From Nostoc sp. DedSLP01 (GTDB lineage Bacteria > Cyanobacteriota > Cyanobacteriia > Cyanobacteriales > Nostocaceae): a stretch of DNA of 64,000 nt. How positions within the stretch are numbered: position 1 is the stretch's first letter; every line of letters starts with the position of its first letter. The notes under the pieces are model-generated. The model made no database searches and was not told the origin of the DNA. It was given only the letters and a program-made list of their open reading frames with translations. Below are positions 39,934-49,973 of the stretch, in pieces. The stretch lies in NCBI GenBank assembly GCA_034530875.2, contig JAVRCJ020000005.1, positions 273,903 through 337,902 of the forward strand. The letters are read 5' to 3'. The translations under genes were made by a program, and so were the position numbers.

Positions 39934-41025
39934 TCATTGCAATGTACCGCGTTTAATTTGTTCGCTTTCAATGGCTTCAAATAAGGCGCGAAAGTTGCCT
40001 TCCCCAAAACCTCGAGCTTGAAAACGGCGTTCGATAAACTCAAAGAAAAATGTCGGCTGTGCAAATATTGGCTGGGTAAAAATTTGCAGTAATAAGGGTG
40101 CAGAATTGCTTCCCTCTAAAGGAGTATATTCGTGCCAGTCTACAAGAATTTCTTGTTGGGCGATCGCTTCAATTTCTAAATCTGATAATGGAAATCCGGG
40201 ACGCTGTTTTAGCTGAGTGTAATAGCTTTGAGGAACTGAGAGTAAGGATAAACCACTGGCACGAAATTTAGCGATCGCACTCACCAGATTAGTTGTTCGC
40301 AAAGCGATATGTTGAATTCCTGGCCCGCGGTTAACATCGAGAAATTCTTGAATTTGGGAATTGCTAGAAGCTGGTTCGTTAATTGGCAATTGTACGTTAC
40401 CGTTACGCGAAACCATGACTTGGCTGTGTAAAGCAGAGCGATCGGTTTTAATTTTAAATACCTGCTGGGGTTTAAAATCGAGGATGTTTTCGTACCAAGC
40501 AACAGCACGTTCTAAATCGCCAATTTCTACGTTGAGTACGATGTGATCTATGGCAGTAATTGAAGAGGACGCGGGGACACGAGGACGCGGGGACACGGAG
40601 AATTCTTTTACCGTATTCTCTCCTACTTTTGCACAGTGCCTTTCTATCAGCGTATGAGTCAGTCCACCCCAAGCGGCAATTTTGCTCCACTTAAGGGATG
40701 TTGCACCTAAATTCTCTTGCTGGATGGGTTGTAGGATTGTGGCATCGTGCATTTTAGCATGTGCGATCGCTGCTTCTACGTCTTCCACAGCAAAAGCAAT
40801 ATCGGCTACACCAGGTGGATATTGACGCAGAAACTCAGCCACCGGACTTGTGGGTAACAGTGGTGAAGACAGCCAAAAGCAGACGTCACCACTTTTGACT
40901 ACTTCTGTGCAAGTGTGAAAAGAACTAGTGCGACTGGGTACTGCTTGAAAACCAAGATGGTGTACAAACCAATCACGCCATGTTTTGGCGTCTTCTACAT
41001 AGAAATGAACGCGATCGATATTCAT
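39934..41025 (-). CDS. hppD: 4-hydroxyphenylpyruvate dioxygenase
   Basis: IDHIVLNV, PINEP, SQIQEFL, GPGIQHIAL, LLQIFT, FFEFIER, GFGEGNFRALFEAIE. Confidence 0.96.
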   Translation of the reverse strand: MNIDRVHFYVEDAKTWRDWFVHHLGFQAVPSRTSSFHTCTEVVKSGDVCFWLSSPLLPTSPVAEFLRQYPPGVADIAFAVEDVEAAIAHAKMHDATILQPIQQENLGATSLKWSKIAAWGGLTHTLIERHCAKVGENTVKEFSVSPRPRVPASSSITAIDHIVLNVEIGDLERAVAWYENILDFKPQQVFKIKTDRSALHSQVMVSRNGNVQLPINEPASSNSQIQEFLDVNRGPGIQHIALRTTNLVSAIAKFRASGLSLLSVPQSYYTQLKQRPGFPLSDLEIEAIAQQEILVDWHEYTPLEGSNSAPLLLQIFTQPIFAQPTFFFEFIERRFQARGFGEGNFRALFEAIESEQIKRGTLQ

Positions 41026-41140
41026 AGTTACTGAAAATCCAGCATATCAGCTTATATATCTCTAGATTTTGCCTTTTTTGCTAAATTTTCAGGTCTTTCC
41101 CAGGCCAGAATTCTGTAGGCGAACTACAATCTCTCCAGTC

Positions 41141-41845
41141 CTAAAAAAACAAATGACTATCAGGTTGAATGTTAATTTCCATTGGCACAGCTTGCGGTTC
41201 GGCAGAAAGAGCAAAGAAAATCGCATTGGCAGCAGTTTCAGCACTGAGCATTTTTTTCCGATCTACTTTTAAGTTCACATTATCCCAAAATGGAGAATCT
41301 ACCCCACCAAAGTAGAATAGCGTGAACTTGATGCCAAAGCGCTTGAGTTCTTCTGCCATGCACTTGCTAAAACCAACAACACCAAATTTAGAAGCAGAAT
41401 AAGCTGCCGCCATCGCCATAGAATGTTTGCCGAGAATTCCTACCACGTTACAGATGTGACCAGATTTACGCTTTTGCATCTCTTCAGCAGCCGCCTGAGT
41501 AGTGTAAAAACTGCCTTTTAAATTCACATCTAGCATCTTGTCTAAATCGGCAGGTTCCAAGCTATTGTAAGGCTTGAGGATACCAGCACCCGCAGCATTC
41601 ACTAAAATATCGATTTGGCCAAACTCAGCAATAGTTTTTTCGATTAAAGTGTCTACTTGTTGAGGATCGGTAATATCGGTAGGAACGGTTAAAACTTGTC
41701 CTGGTAAATTAGCAGCTAGTGTGGTTAAACGAGTTGCATCTCTAGCAGCTAATACCAACCGTACTCCAGCAGACGCCAGTTTGTGCGTTAAGACCGAACC
41801 AATACCACCAGTAGCACCGACAATAACAGCGACTTTATCTTGCAT
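41141..41845 (-). CDS. Short-chain dehydrogenase/reductase
   Basis: GATGGIG, LVNAAG, YSASKFG. Confidence 0.92.
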   Translation of the reverse strand: MQDKVAVIVGATGGIGSVLTHKLASAGVRLVLAARDATRLTTLAANLPGQVLTVPTDITDPQQVDTLIEKTIAEFGQIDILVNAAGAGILKPYNSLEPADLDKMLDVNLKGSFYTTQAAAEEMQKRKSGHICNVVGILGKHSMAMAAAYSASKFGVVGFSKCMAEELKRFGIKFTLFYFGGVDSPFWDNVNLKVDRKKMLSAETAANAIFFALSAEPQAVPMEINIQPDSHLFF

Positions 41846-41852
41846 TTTAATA

Positions 41853-41880
41853 TTTACATTTCTTTACATCTTTTCACATA
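41853..41880 (+). promoter_or_regulatory. HLR1-like (RpaB) direct repeats over the SDR promoter
   Basis: TTTACATT-tc-TTTACATC-tt-TTCACATA at 10 bp period, overlapping a minus-strand TATTAT -10. Confidence 0.55.
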
Positions 41881-42007
41881 ATACTGAATTATGGACTCAA
41901 GTTGTGAGAAGTAGAAGGCAGGAGGTAAAACCCTCAATAATAAAAGGTTTTGCCCTTTTGGATTTTACATTTAATTATGTCTGCCTACTTAGATATTGAG
42001 AAAGTAT

Positions 42008-43288
42008 TTACTCAAAGAATAGCGGCATTACCTCATATTCCTTTCCGCTTGCTTTTAATTTAAACGCGGAGGATGATTGTAAATATTTAGTAAAATTAGA
42101 AGCTAGCTTTAATTTTTTGACAATTGAATTAGGAGATTCTCCGGTTATTTTCTGAATTTCTGTACCTAATTTGGACACAGATAATATAGTTTTGGGAGAA
42201 TTGATTTGTATATCTTGAATTATTTTTAATAAAAAATTATCTAATGTTTGTTTATCGCAAATATGAGCTAATTTTTTTTGTTCTTCTTTGAGTAAACTTG
42301 TAGATGCTTGTTCTGGAAGAAAAATCATCTCTTCAATTACTGGTTGCTTTTGAGTATGAGTAGTATCGAGGTTGCATCTTTCTTCAAATAAAGTGGCAAT
42401 AGTCGCTAAACTATTTAATCGAGCAGCGATTGAGTTTTGTTCGTTTTTAATTAAATCTTGTATTTGTTCAACTACTTGTTCCAATGATGGAACTTCTCTC
42501 GCCATTGCTATGGAATAATGAGTTAAATTGCCGGTATTTCGATTTTCTATATGCAAGCTTTGTCCTTGTCTGCGTACCCAATGAACAGATAATCCCTGGT
42601 TTTGGAGTTCGTTGCAAAGGTGAATTAAAATTCCATCGCCAGAACAAACCAAAATTTCTTTAACTGTTGGATAAGACCGTAAGACACAAGCGCCAAATGC
42701 AATCATTTTTGCATCCGCACTATCCTTACCTCCAGGCACATGAACAAGTTGATAGCCGCGGTTATATAGTTCGATATCTTGCTTGCCAATACTTGGGTTT
42801 TTCCAGTTAGCAAATGCTAATTTAACTTGGAGAGGATATTCACATATACTCGCTAAAAATAATTCTGAATTAATATCTAGCTTTAAATTTTCTGCATCTA
42901 AAAGTAAAAGAGAAATTCCTGGTTCTGCTTGATGTTTAATTTCTTGTTTTTGCTGAATTTTTTGCAATAACTGACTGAAAGCATCAGATTCTAGCCAATC
43001 AGGTGATAATAATATTTGCAACAATTCTTCAGCTAAAAAACTAAAAGAATTAAGACTTTTTTCCCTAAAATCTTCTTCCGATATTTTTTTGGCGAAAGGA
43101 ATTTCTGTAGATTCAACTGGAGTTACTTTACTGTGACCGTTACTGTTAAAAATCAAATCAGTTTCCAGCAAACGAGAAAATGTAGGCTCAAGGAATTGCT
43201 TACCACAGCTTTTGCAGAGGTAATTTTGCTTCTGATTCCGACGGCCATTTTTACGATATGAAGTAGAGTCGCACCGAGGACATTTCAT
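42008..43288 (-). CDS. Zn-ribbon (IS1 InsA-like) + NYN (PIN-like) RNase domain + C-terminal winged helix (LOTUS/OST-HTH-like) protein
   Basis: CPRC...KNG...QNYLCKSCGKQF; LLLDAEN, GKDSAD, SGDG; LSVSKLG.EI...F.KYL. Confidence 0.75.
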   Translation of the reverse strand: MKCPRCDSTSYRKNGRRNQKQNYLCKSCGKQFLEPTFSRLLETDLIFNSNGHSKVTPVESTEIPFAKKISEEDFREKSLNSFSFLAEELLQILLSPDWLESDAFSQLLQKIQQKQEIKHQAEPGISLLLLDAENLKLDINSELFLASICEYPLQVKLAFANWKNPSIGKQDIELYNRGYQLVHVPGGKDSADAKMIAFGACVLRSYPTVKEILVCSGDGILIHLCNELQNQGLSVHWVRRQGQSLHIENRNTGNLTHYSIAMAREVPSLEQVVEQIQDLIKNEQNSIAARLNSLATIATLFEERCNLDTTHTQKQPVIEEMIFLPEQASTSLLKEEQKKLAHICDKQTLDNFLLKIIQDIQINSPKTILSVSKLGTEIQKITGESPNSIVKKLKLASNFTKYLQSSSAFKLKASGKEYEVMPLFFE

Positions 43289-43581
43289 TTTTTCTTTAGG
43301 TGGTCTAAAGCAGATATTTCACTTCAGTATATAGTATAAAAAATACTGTCAACTTAGATTAGTATTGCTCAACACAAAAAACTTACTGAGTCCAGAAATT
43401 ATATTCCAGCCTTAATTACTAGTTATATTATGCGATCGCCCTCTCAATAGCCAAAATTTAGAGGGAATTTCAAGTTCACGAAAGTATACAAACTATGTAT
43501 AAAAACCTGGTATTAAGTCTGTTTAACTTTTGTTAGCGTATCGGTACGTAGCCCATTCTGAATTCTGCTGTCAAAAAAATT

Positions 43582-44361
43582 TCAAATGACACGAGCAAAA
43601 ACGTAATCGCGGGTACGGGAATCAATGGGGCTAGTAAAAATCTTATTTGTAGTACCAAATTCGATCATTTGAGTAACACGATTTTCAATACTGTAAAAGA
43701 AAGCCGTAAAATCAGATAGTCGAGTAACTTGCTGCAAGTTATGAGAAACAATAACAATTGTCAATTCAGAGCGCAAGTTTTGGATCAAATTCTCAACCTG
43801 CATACTACTTATAGGATCGAGACCGCAACAAGGTTCATCCATTAACAAAACTTTTGGTTTAACTGCTAAAGCACGGGCAATACATAATCTTTGTTGTTGT
43901 CCGCCAGAAAGTTCTAAAGCAGATTTGTGCAGCTTATTTTTCAGTTCATCCCAAAGATCGGCAGCTTTAATGGCAGATTCAACAATCACATCTAATTCTA
44001 TTTTCGGATGCCATCCAACCAATTTCACCCCATAAGCAACATTATCATAAACGCTCATGGGGAAAAGATTCGGCTTGGGAAAAACCATACTAATTTGGCG
44101 ACGTAACCTACTTAAATTGACACGACGCTCATAAATATTTTGTCCAAAAAATTCTACTTTTCCTTCAACCTTTACTTCTGCCTCTAATTCACTCATGCGA
44201 TTTAACGATTTCAGAAAAGTAGACTTGCCACAACCACTAGAACCAATAATTGCCGTGACTTGGTTTTCATAAATATCCATTGACACGCCTTCAACTATCT
44301 TTTGAGTTTCGTAATAAAAGCTGAAGTTTTTGACTCTGATGGCTGGAATTAGTTTACTCAT
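43582..44361 (-). CDS. pstB: Phosphate ABC transporter ATPase (second copy)
   Basis: [36 protein letters not shown]. Confidence 0.9.
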   Translation of the reverse strand: MSKLIPAIRVKNFSFYYETQKIVEGVSMDIYENQVTAIIGSSGCGKSTFLKSLNRMSELEAEVKVEGKVEFFGQNIYERRVNLSRLRRQISMVFPKPNLFPMSVYDNVAYGVKLVGWHPKIELDVIVESAIKAADLWDELKNKLHKSALELSGGQQQRLCIARALAVKPKVLLMDEPCCGLDPISSMQVENLIQNLRSELTIVIVSHNLQQVTRLSDFTAFFYSIENRVTQMIEFGTTNKIFTSPIDSRTRDYVFARVI

Positions 44362-44611
44362 ATTCCCAAAACGTGTGAAACAGAACTTGACTAAGAAGAT
44401 AGTACAAATCAGCTGTGCTGTTTCACTATGTTACCCCTAAAAGAAAATCTTCATAGAAATTACCTAAGTATCTGGTAAATGAATAGCAAATACGCTCCTA
44501 GTAAATGTTTATATTAAGTTACGTCGCAAAAATCATTGTTCAAAGAATTGGGAAGGGGGAAAGGGAAGATCCCTCCTTTTCCCTACCCAAAGGCTTTTGA
44601 CCAATGACCAT

Positions 44612-45391
44612 TTAACCGAAACGTCCTGAAACGTAGTCGCGGGTGCGGGGGTCGAGTGGGCTGTTAAAAATTTGCTCTGTAGCACCGAATTCAATCATTT
44701 GACCGATGCGGCTTTCATCGGTGCTGAAGAAAGCGGTAAAATCGGAGACGCGAGCAGCTTGCTGCATGTTGTGAGTAACGATCGCGATCGTCAACTGAGA
44801 TCGCAAATTATGGATTAGTTCCTCAACTTTCATCGTCGCGATGGGGTCAAGAGCCGAACAAGGCTCATCCATCAGCAGAACTTTTGGCTTGACTGCTAAA
44901 GCACGCGCAATACACAATCTCTGCTGTTGACCGCCAGAAAGCCCTAAAGCAGATTTATCTAGCTTATCTTTCACTTCATCCCAAAGAGCAGCGCTTTTGA
45001 GAGCAGACTCAACAATTTCATCTAGTTCTACTTTTGGATACCTACCCGCTATTCTCATCCCGTAAGCAACATTTTCGTAAATGCTAAAGGGAAAAGGATT
45101 CGGTTTTTGGAACACCATCCCAATTTGGCGGCGTAATCGATTGGTGTTGACACGAGGAGCGTATATATTTTGGCCAAAAAATTCTACTTCGCCTTCAACT
45201 TTTACAAGGCCTTCTAATTCGCTAATCCGATTCAAAATTTTGATGAAGGTAGATTTGCCGCAACCACTAGGGCCGATAATTGCTGTTACATGGTTTCGAT
45301 AAATATCTATTGATATCTTGTCTATCGCTTTGATTGTGCCATAGTAAAAACTGATATTTTTTACTTTGATAGCTGGAATTAAGTTATTCAT
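44612..45391 (-). CDS. pstB: Phosphate ABC transporter ATPase
   Basis: [48 protein letters not shown]. Confidence 0.95.
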   Translation of the reverse strand: MNNLIPAIKVKNISFYYGTIKAIDKISIDIYRNHVTAIIGPSGCGKSTFIKILNRISELEGLVKVEGEVEFFGQNIYAPRVNTNRLRRQIGMVFQKPNPFPFSIYENVAYGMRIAGRYPKVELDEIVESALKSAALWDEVKDKLDKSALGLSGGQQQRLCIARALAVKPKVLLMDEPCSALDPIATMKVEELIHNLRSQLTIAIVTHNMQQAARVSDFTAFFSTDESRIGQMIEFGATEQIFNSPLDPRTRDYVSGRFG

Positions 45392-45437
45392 AAATTGCCC
45401 AGATGCGAAATAAAAATTTATCAAAATAGGGTTTTGT

Positions 45438-46319
45438 TTATTTAATTCTTCTCTGCCTAATAATTAAGCGAGAAACAATGCTGACACATAAAATTAAGCC
45501 CAATAGAATTATCGAAGTCGTCCATACTAATTGATTTTTTTCTGGATCTGGGTCGTTGTAGAGATTAAAAATTAATACTGGTAAGGAAGCTGTTGGACTT
45601 AACAAATTTTCTGACCAATCTAAACTAAATAAAGCAGTAAAAATTAAGGGTGCTGTTTCACCAGCAGCACGAGCCACAGCTAATAAAACGCCTGTCGCAA
45701 TTCCAGGAATTGCAGAGGTTACAACGATGCGAAAAGTAGTTTGAAAGCGAGTTCCACCTAAAGCAGCAGAGGCAAGGCGTTGAGATGCAGGAATCAATTT
45801 TAAGGACTCTTCTGTAGTTAAGACAATCACTGGTAGCATAATTACAGCTAAGGCAAAACCACCTGCGATCGCACTAAATCCTTTAGTTGTTAAAACAATT
45901 ATACCGTAAGCAAATATTCCTACAACAATTGAAGGCACGCCTGTGAGAATGCTAGCGATAAAACGAACGATATTAGCAATTGGATTAGTTTGACCAAATT
46001 CTGCCAAAAAAATTCCTGTCATTATGCCTGTGGGAATGCTTAAAATAGTACCAATGGTTACTATAATTATCGTTCCGAGAATAGCATTACCGAAGCCATT
46101 ATCAATAACTGGATTGAGAAAAATTTCCGGTTTAATTCCAGATATGCCGCGGACGAAAATTTCCCATAAAATTGATAGTAAAGGAATGAGTGCTAGACCT
46201 GTCAAACTAAAGGCGATCGCATTCATCAAATAAGTAAATATGACTCGCTCTTTTGGTAGAGGGCTGCACAATTCTTTCGTTATAGATTCATCATTTTCTG
46301 GCTCAATGTAAACACTCAT
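45438..46319 (-). CDS. pstA: Phosphate ABC transporter permease PstA
   Basis: [26 protein letters not shown]. Confidence 0.95.
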   Translation of the reverse strand: MSVYIEPENDESITKELCSPLPKERVIFTYLMNAIAFSLTGLALIPLLSILWEIFVRGISGIKPEIFLNPVIDNGFGNAILGTIIIVTIGTILSIPTGIMTGIFLAEFGQTNPIANIVRFIASILTGVPSIVVGIFAYGIIVLTTKGFSAIAGGFALAVIMLPVIVLTTEESLKLIPASQRLASAALGGTRFQTTFRIVVTSAIPGIATGVLLAVARAAGETAPLIFTALFSLDWSENLLSPTASLPVLIFNLYNDPDPEKNQLVWTTSIILLGLILCVSIVSRLIIRQRRIK

Positions 46320-46435
46320 ATCTTTTTCAAATTTTAGTTGATAAAAAAAGATTTATCTTGTAGTAATTACAAATAATAAATTAATAATCATATTTCTTAA
46401 TTCTGGATTCTGACTTCTGAATTCTGAATTCTGAT

Positions 46436-47437
46436 TTATTTATTTTTTCTGCCAAACCATCTGACTAATAAGACAGCACCAATATTTACAGCTAAAGTCA
46501 AGCCAAACAAAATTAATCCCAAATAGCTTAAAGCACCAATATGTAATCCTGGTTCGGCTTCAGCAAATTCATTAGCTAATACAGAGGGAATTGTATAAGC
46601 TGGATCGAGTAAAGAAGCACTAATTTGGGCAGAGTTACCAATTACCATAGTCACAGCCATTGTTTCGCCTAAAGCACGTCCTAAAGCCAGCATTGCTGCA
46701 CTAACTATTCCCGAAAATCCAGCTGGTAGCAAGACTCGAAAAATTGTTTCCCAACGAGTACCACCTAAAGCCATAGATGCACTACGCAATTCTTTAGGTA
46801 TAGCTAGCAATACATCACGAGTAATTGCTGCCATTGTTGGCAAAATCATGATGCCTAGAATAATTCCAGCAGTTAACATATTTGTGCCAACAGGGTCTTG
46901 TGTATTAAATAGCGGTATCACTTTCAAAGTGCTACCTAGCCATTTTTCTACAGGTTCTAAAACTGGAATAAATACAAAAATACCCCACAAGCCAATAATC
47001 ACGCTGGGAATTGCTGCGATTAATTCTACAACGAATGCTAATGTTGTTCGTACAGATTCAGGTAAAAAATTTTCGCTGGTTACTAAAGCGACAGCTATTC
47101 CTACTGGTACAGCTAATAAAATAGCGATCGCACTACTTACTAAAGTCCCATAAATATAAGGTAACGCACCAAAAATTCCATTACCTGCATCCCAATCTTG
47201 ACCCCAGAAAAATCCTACTCCAAACTGTTTAACCGCTGGTAGAGCTTCTTTATAAATTACCCAAGTCATTAAAAATAAGACTGCAAACGTAACCAGAGCA
47301 AAAAAGTAAACTAACCGTGTAAATCCTCGGTCAAACCAGAAATTTCTACCACTAATAGCTGTCAAATCCAAACTTTCATCGTCTAAATCTGATTTATCTG
47401 ATGAATTATTGCCGCCTGGTTTCCATGAATTTGCCAT
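46436..47437 (-). CDS. pstC: Phosphate ABC transporter permease PstC
   Basis: ELIAAIPSVIIGLWG, LGRALGETMAV, ANEFAEA. Confidence 0.95.
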   Translation of the reverse strand: MANSWKPGGNNSSDKSDLDDESLDLTAISGRNFWFDRGFTRLVYFFALVTFAVLFLMTWVIYKEALPAVKQFGVGFFWGQDWDAGNGIFGALPYIYGTLVSSAIAILLAVPVGIAVALVTSENFLPESVRTTLAFVVELIAAIPSVIIGLWGIFVFIPVLEPVEKWLGSTLKVIPLFNTQDPVGTNMLTAGIILGIMILPTMAAITRDVLLAIPKELRSASMALGGTRWETIFRVLLPAGFSGIVSAAMLALGRALGETMAVTMVIGNSAQISASLLDPAYTIPSVLANEFAEAEPGLHIGALSYLGLILFGLTLAVNIGAVLLVRWFGRKNK

Positions 47438-47636
47438 GACAGATAAACCAATTCAAAATTAAAAATTCAAAATAAAAATCATTTCCAGGTTGTACCTGGA
47501 AACGAGATTTACGAATAACATTAACTATCAGAAATCAGAATTTATGAAGAGTATAGTATGAGGATTATACTCATTTATCCATTTTCTCCTGATTTTTAAC
47601 TATTCTGATTCCTGGGTTATTACAAGAGATTAGCAA

Positions 47637-48680
47637 TTAAGGTTTCACATTGCTATTTACTGTTTCAAGTACTCGGTTTGCTACCTCAGATGGAATCTTG
47701 GTGTAGTTGAGGTCATCATTATATTGTTGACCGTCTTTCAATACCCAATTTATCCATTTCTTGATTGCATCAGACTTGGAAGCATTAGCATACTGTTTGT
47801 AAACCATTATCCAAGTCAGACCAACAATAGGATAACCTTGTGATGGATCTCCTACAAAAACGCGATAGTTCTGAGGAAAATTCACAGTAGCTAAAGCTGC
47901 ATTTGCAGACTGCAAAGAAGGAGCAACAAATTCTCCTTGCTTATTTTGAATTTGTGCTGATTTCAGGTTATTTTTGAGAGCGTATGCATATTCAACATAA
48001 CCAATAGAACCAGGAGTGCGAGCTACCAAAGCTGCAACACCGGGATTGCCTTTGCCTTTAAGGACGTTTGGTAGAGTCCATTTTGGTGTAGTACTAGCTC
48101 CAACTCTGCCTTTAAAATAACCATTGATTGTACTCAGATGGTTAGTAAAAATGAAAGTTGTGCCGCTACCATCGGCGCGAACAACAAATTTAATTGGTTG
48201 ATTTGGAAGATTTACACCAGGATTATCAGCTTTAATTTTTGCATCATTCCAATTGGTAATTTGGCCTGCAAAAATTGCTGGTAGTGTAGAGCGAGATAAT
48301 TTAAGATTGCTAACACCTGGAATGTTATAAACCACAGAAACGGCACCACCTGCTGTGGGTACTAAGATGACACCGTTTTTAACTTTAGCGATTTCATCAT
48401 CTTTCATTGCAGCATCGCTACCACCAAAGTCAACAGTTCCAGCAGTAACTTGACGAATACCGCCGCCACTACCAATTGCTTGATAGTTAATTTTCAAGTC
48501 TGGATATTTCTTCTTAACTTCACGAGCATACCGTTCGTAAAGTGGAGCCGGAAAAGTTGCTCCTGCACCATTGAGGGTTTCAGCTTGTGCGATCGCCCCA
48601 AACATTGGACTAAGTGCAACAGAAGTTGTCACCAATGAAGTAGCAACGACACGATTCAATATGGCGGCCGAAAAAATCAT
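47637..48680 (-). CDS. pstS: Phosphate ABC transporter substrate-binding protein
   Basis: GAGATFPAPLY, YQAIGSGGG, DFGGSD, RADGSGTT, GSIGYVE, YPI. Confidence 0.96.
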   Translation of the reverse strand: MIFSAAILNRVVATSLVTTSVALSPMFGAIAQAETLNGAGATFPAPLYERYAREVKKKYPDLKINYQAIGSGGGIRQVTAGTVDFGGSDAAMKDDEIAKVKNGVILVPTAGGAVSVVYNIPGVSNLKLSRSTLPAIFAGQITNWNDAKIKADNPGVNLPNQPIKFVVRADGSGTTFIFTNHLSTINGYFKGRVGASTTPKWTLPNVLKGKGNPGVAALVARTPGSIGYVEYAYALKNNLKSAQIQNKQGEFVAPSLQSANAALATVNFPQNYRVFVGDPSQGYPIVGLTWIMVYKQYANASKSDAIKKWINWVLKDGQQYNDDLNYTKIPSEVANRVLETVNSNVKP

Positions 48681-48746
48681 ATTACCTCTGAATTAAAGGA
48701 ATATTTTACTGCTGTAATCAAAACCTTAATTAGGGTACATTTCTTA

Positions 48747-48798
48747 TGGTTAAAATTTATTTAACAACGGATAAATATGAGATTAAGCTGTGTTTAAA
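48747..48798 (-). promoter_or_regulatory. Extended Pho box upstream of pstS
   Basis: Minus-strand units TTTAAACA, CTTAATCT, (ATTTATCC), GTTAAATA and TTTAACCA at 11 bp period, then a -10-like TACCCT. Confidence 0.75.
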
Positions 48799-49165
48799 AA
48801 TAAATTTTTAACAATATGTTAAGGTGTGGATATTTGATGCGAATTAATTTAGAAACAATATATTGATAAAAAAATTAAGCTATGTTTAAATACTAAAAAA
48901 TAGTTAAATGCTAATTAGCGATCGCTTAGTAAGAGACTCTTAAATAATAAAATATCCCAATATTTATTGTACGATGGACGTCTAGCCCTTCCTGTGAACT
49001 GGGCGGGCTAGAGAGCTTACCCCACAAGATTGAATAATTTATTTCTTGAAATTCCCTAAATACGGAATGGTAACTTTTCTGCCACAATTATACGAATCCC
49101 TGAAGCAAGTTCTCAATAGACTCAGGGAAACTGTTCAGTTCAAGGCAATATTATGGAGCTGGATA

Positions 49166-49852
49166 CTAATAAATATATGGAAATAAACGCTTGGTTTGCT
49201 GAGAATAAGACTGATATTCTTCACCGAACCGTTCTTCTAACATTTGCTCTTCAATTGCAATTCGGTTACCAAACCAAACAACACAGACCATTAACAATAG
49301 CCCAGAACCCCATAAGCTTTGTAACATAATGCAAAAGCCAAGAAACAAAAGTATGTAACTCGTGTATATGGGATGTCTAATTAAACTGTAGATACCGTCA
49401 GTAACTAACCGATGATCTGATTTAATTGTAAGACGGTCAAAGAATTTTCCTAAAGTTTTGATAGCAACTTGACTAACAATAATTGCAGCACAAATCAAGA
49501 TTATTCCAGTCACAGTTAAACTTCTATCAACGGCTATATCTGATATCTCCTTTTGCTGTGAAAAGGTGTATAAACTTATCCAGTGTACGCTCAGTAAACC
49601 AACAATAGTAATCAGCGAAGCTACACGTCCAGAAGTAGCTCGAACTTGGCGATCTTCTTGACGACTCGCTAGCTGACCGTATCGAACAACTCGCCAAACA
49701 GTTCCTAAAAAGAAAACAAAATAGCTGATTGATTAAAAAACTACTCTCCAATTTCCTGCGACTCCAAATTGTGCGGCTGGAATGACAATTAATGCCGCGA
49801 TAACAGCTAGCAAGGCTAAAATTAATCCCATAGATTTCAGGAACGCTGCCAT
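49166..49852 (-). pseudogene. Isoprenylcysteine carboxyl methyltransferase (ICMT/PEMT)-family gene with one in-frame stop
   Basis: A single frame runs from ATG at 49852 (MAAFLKS...) to TAG at 49166, with TAA at 49733-49735. C-terminal HRLVTDGIYSLIRHPIY, EE..L...FGEEY..Y...TKRLFP. Confidence 0.8.
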
Positions 49853-49973
49853 AAATATAAACTCCTGAGCAATGAAGTATATAGATTTAGACCTGACAGT
49901 GAACACTGCCAAACAGTCTCAGACTGTTGTCATACAAACAAATTAAAGCTCTTATACTATTGTTTGCCTAGCC

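Noticed and set aside
42008..43288. IS1 transposon
   Set aside because: Only the Zn ribbon is IS1-like. There is no DDE domain, terminal IR or target duplication.
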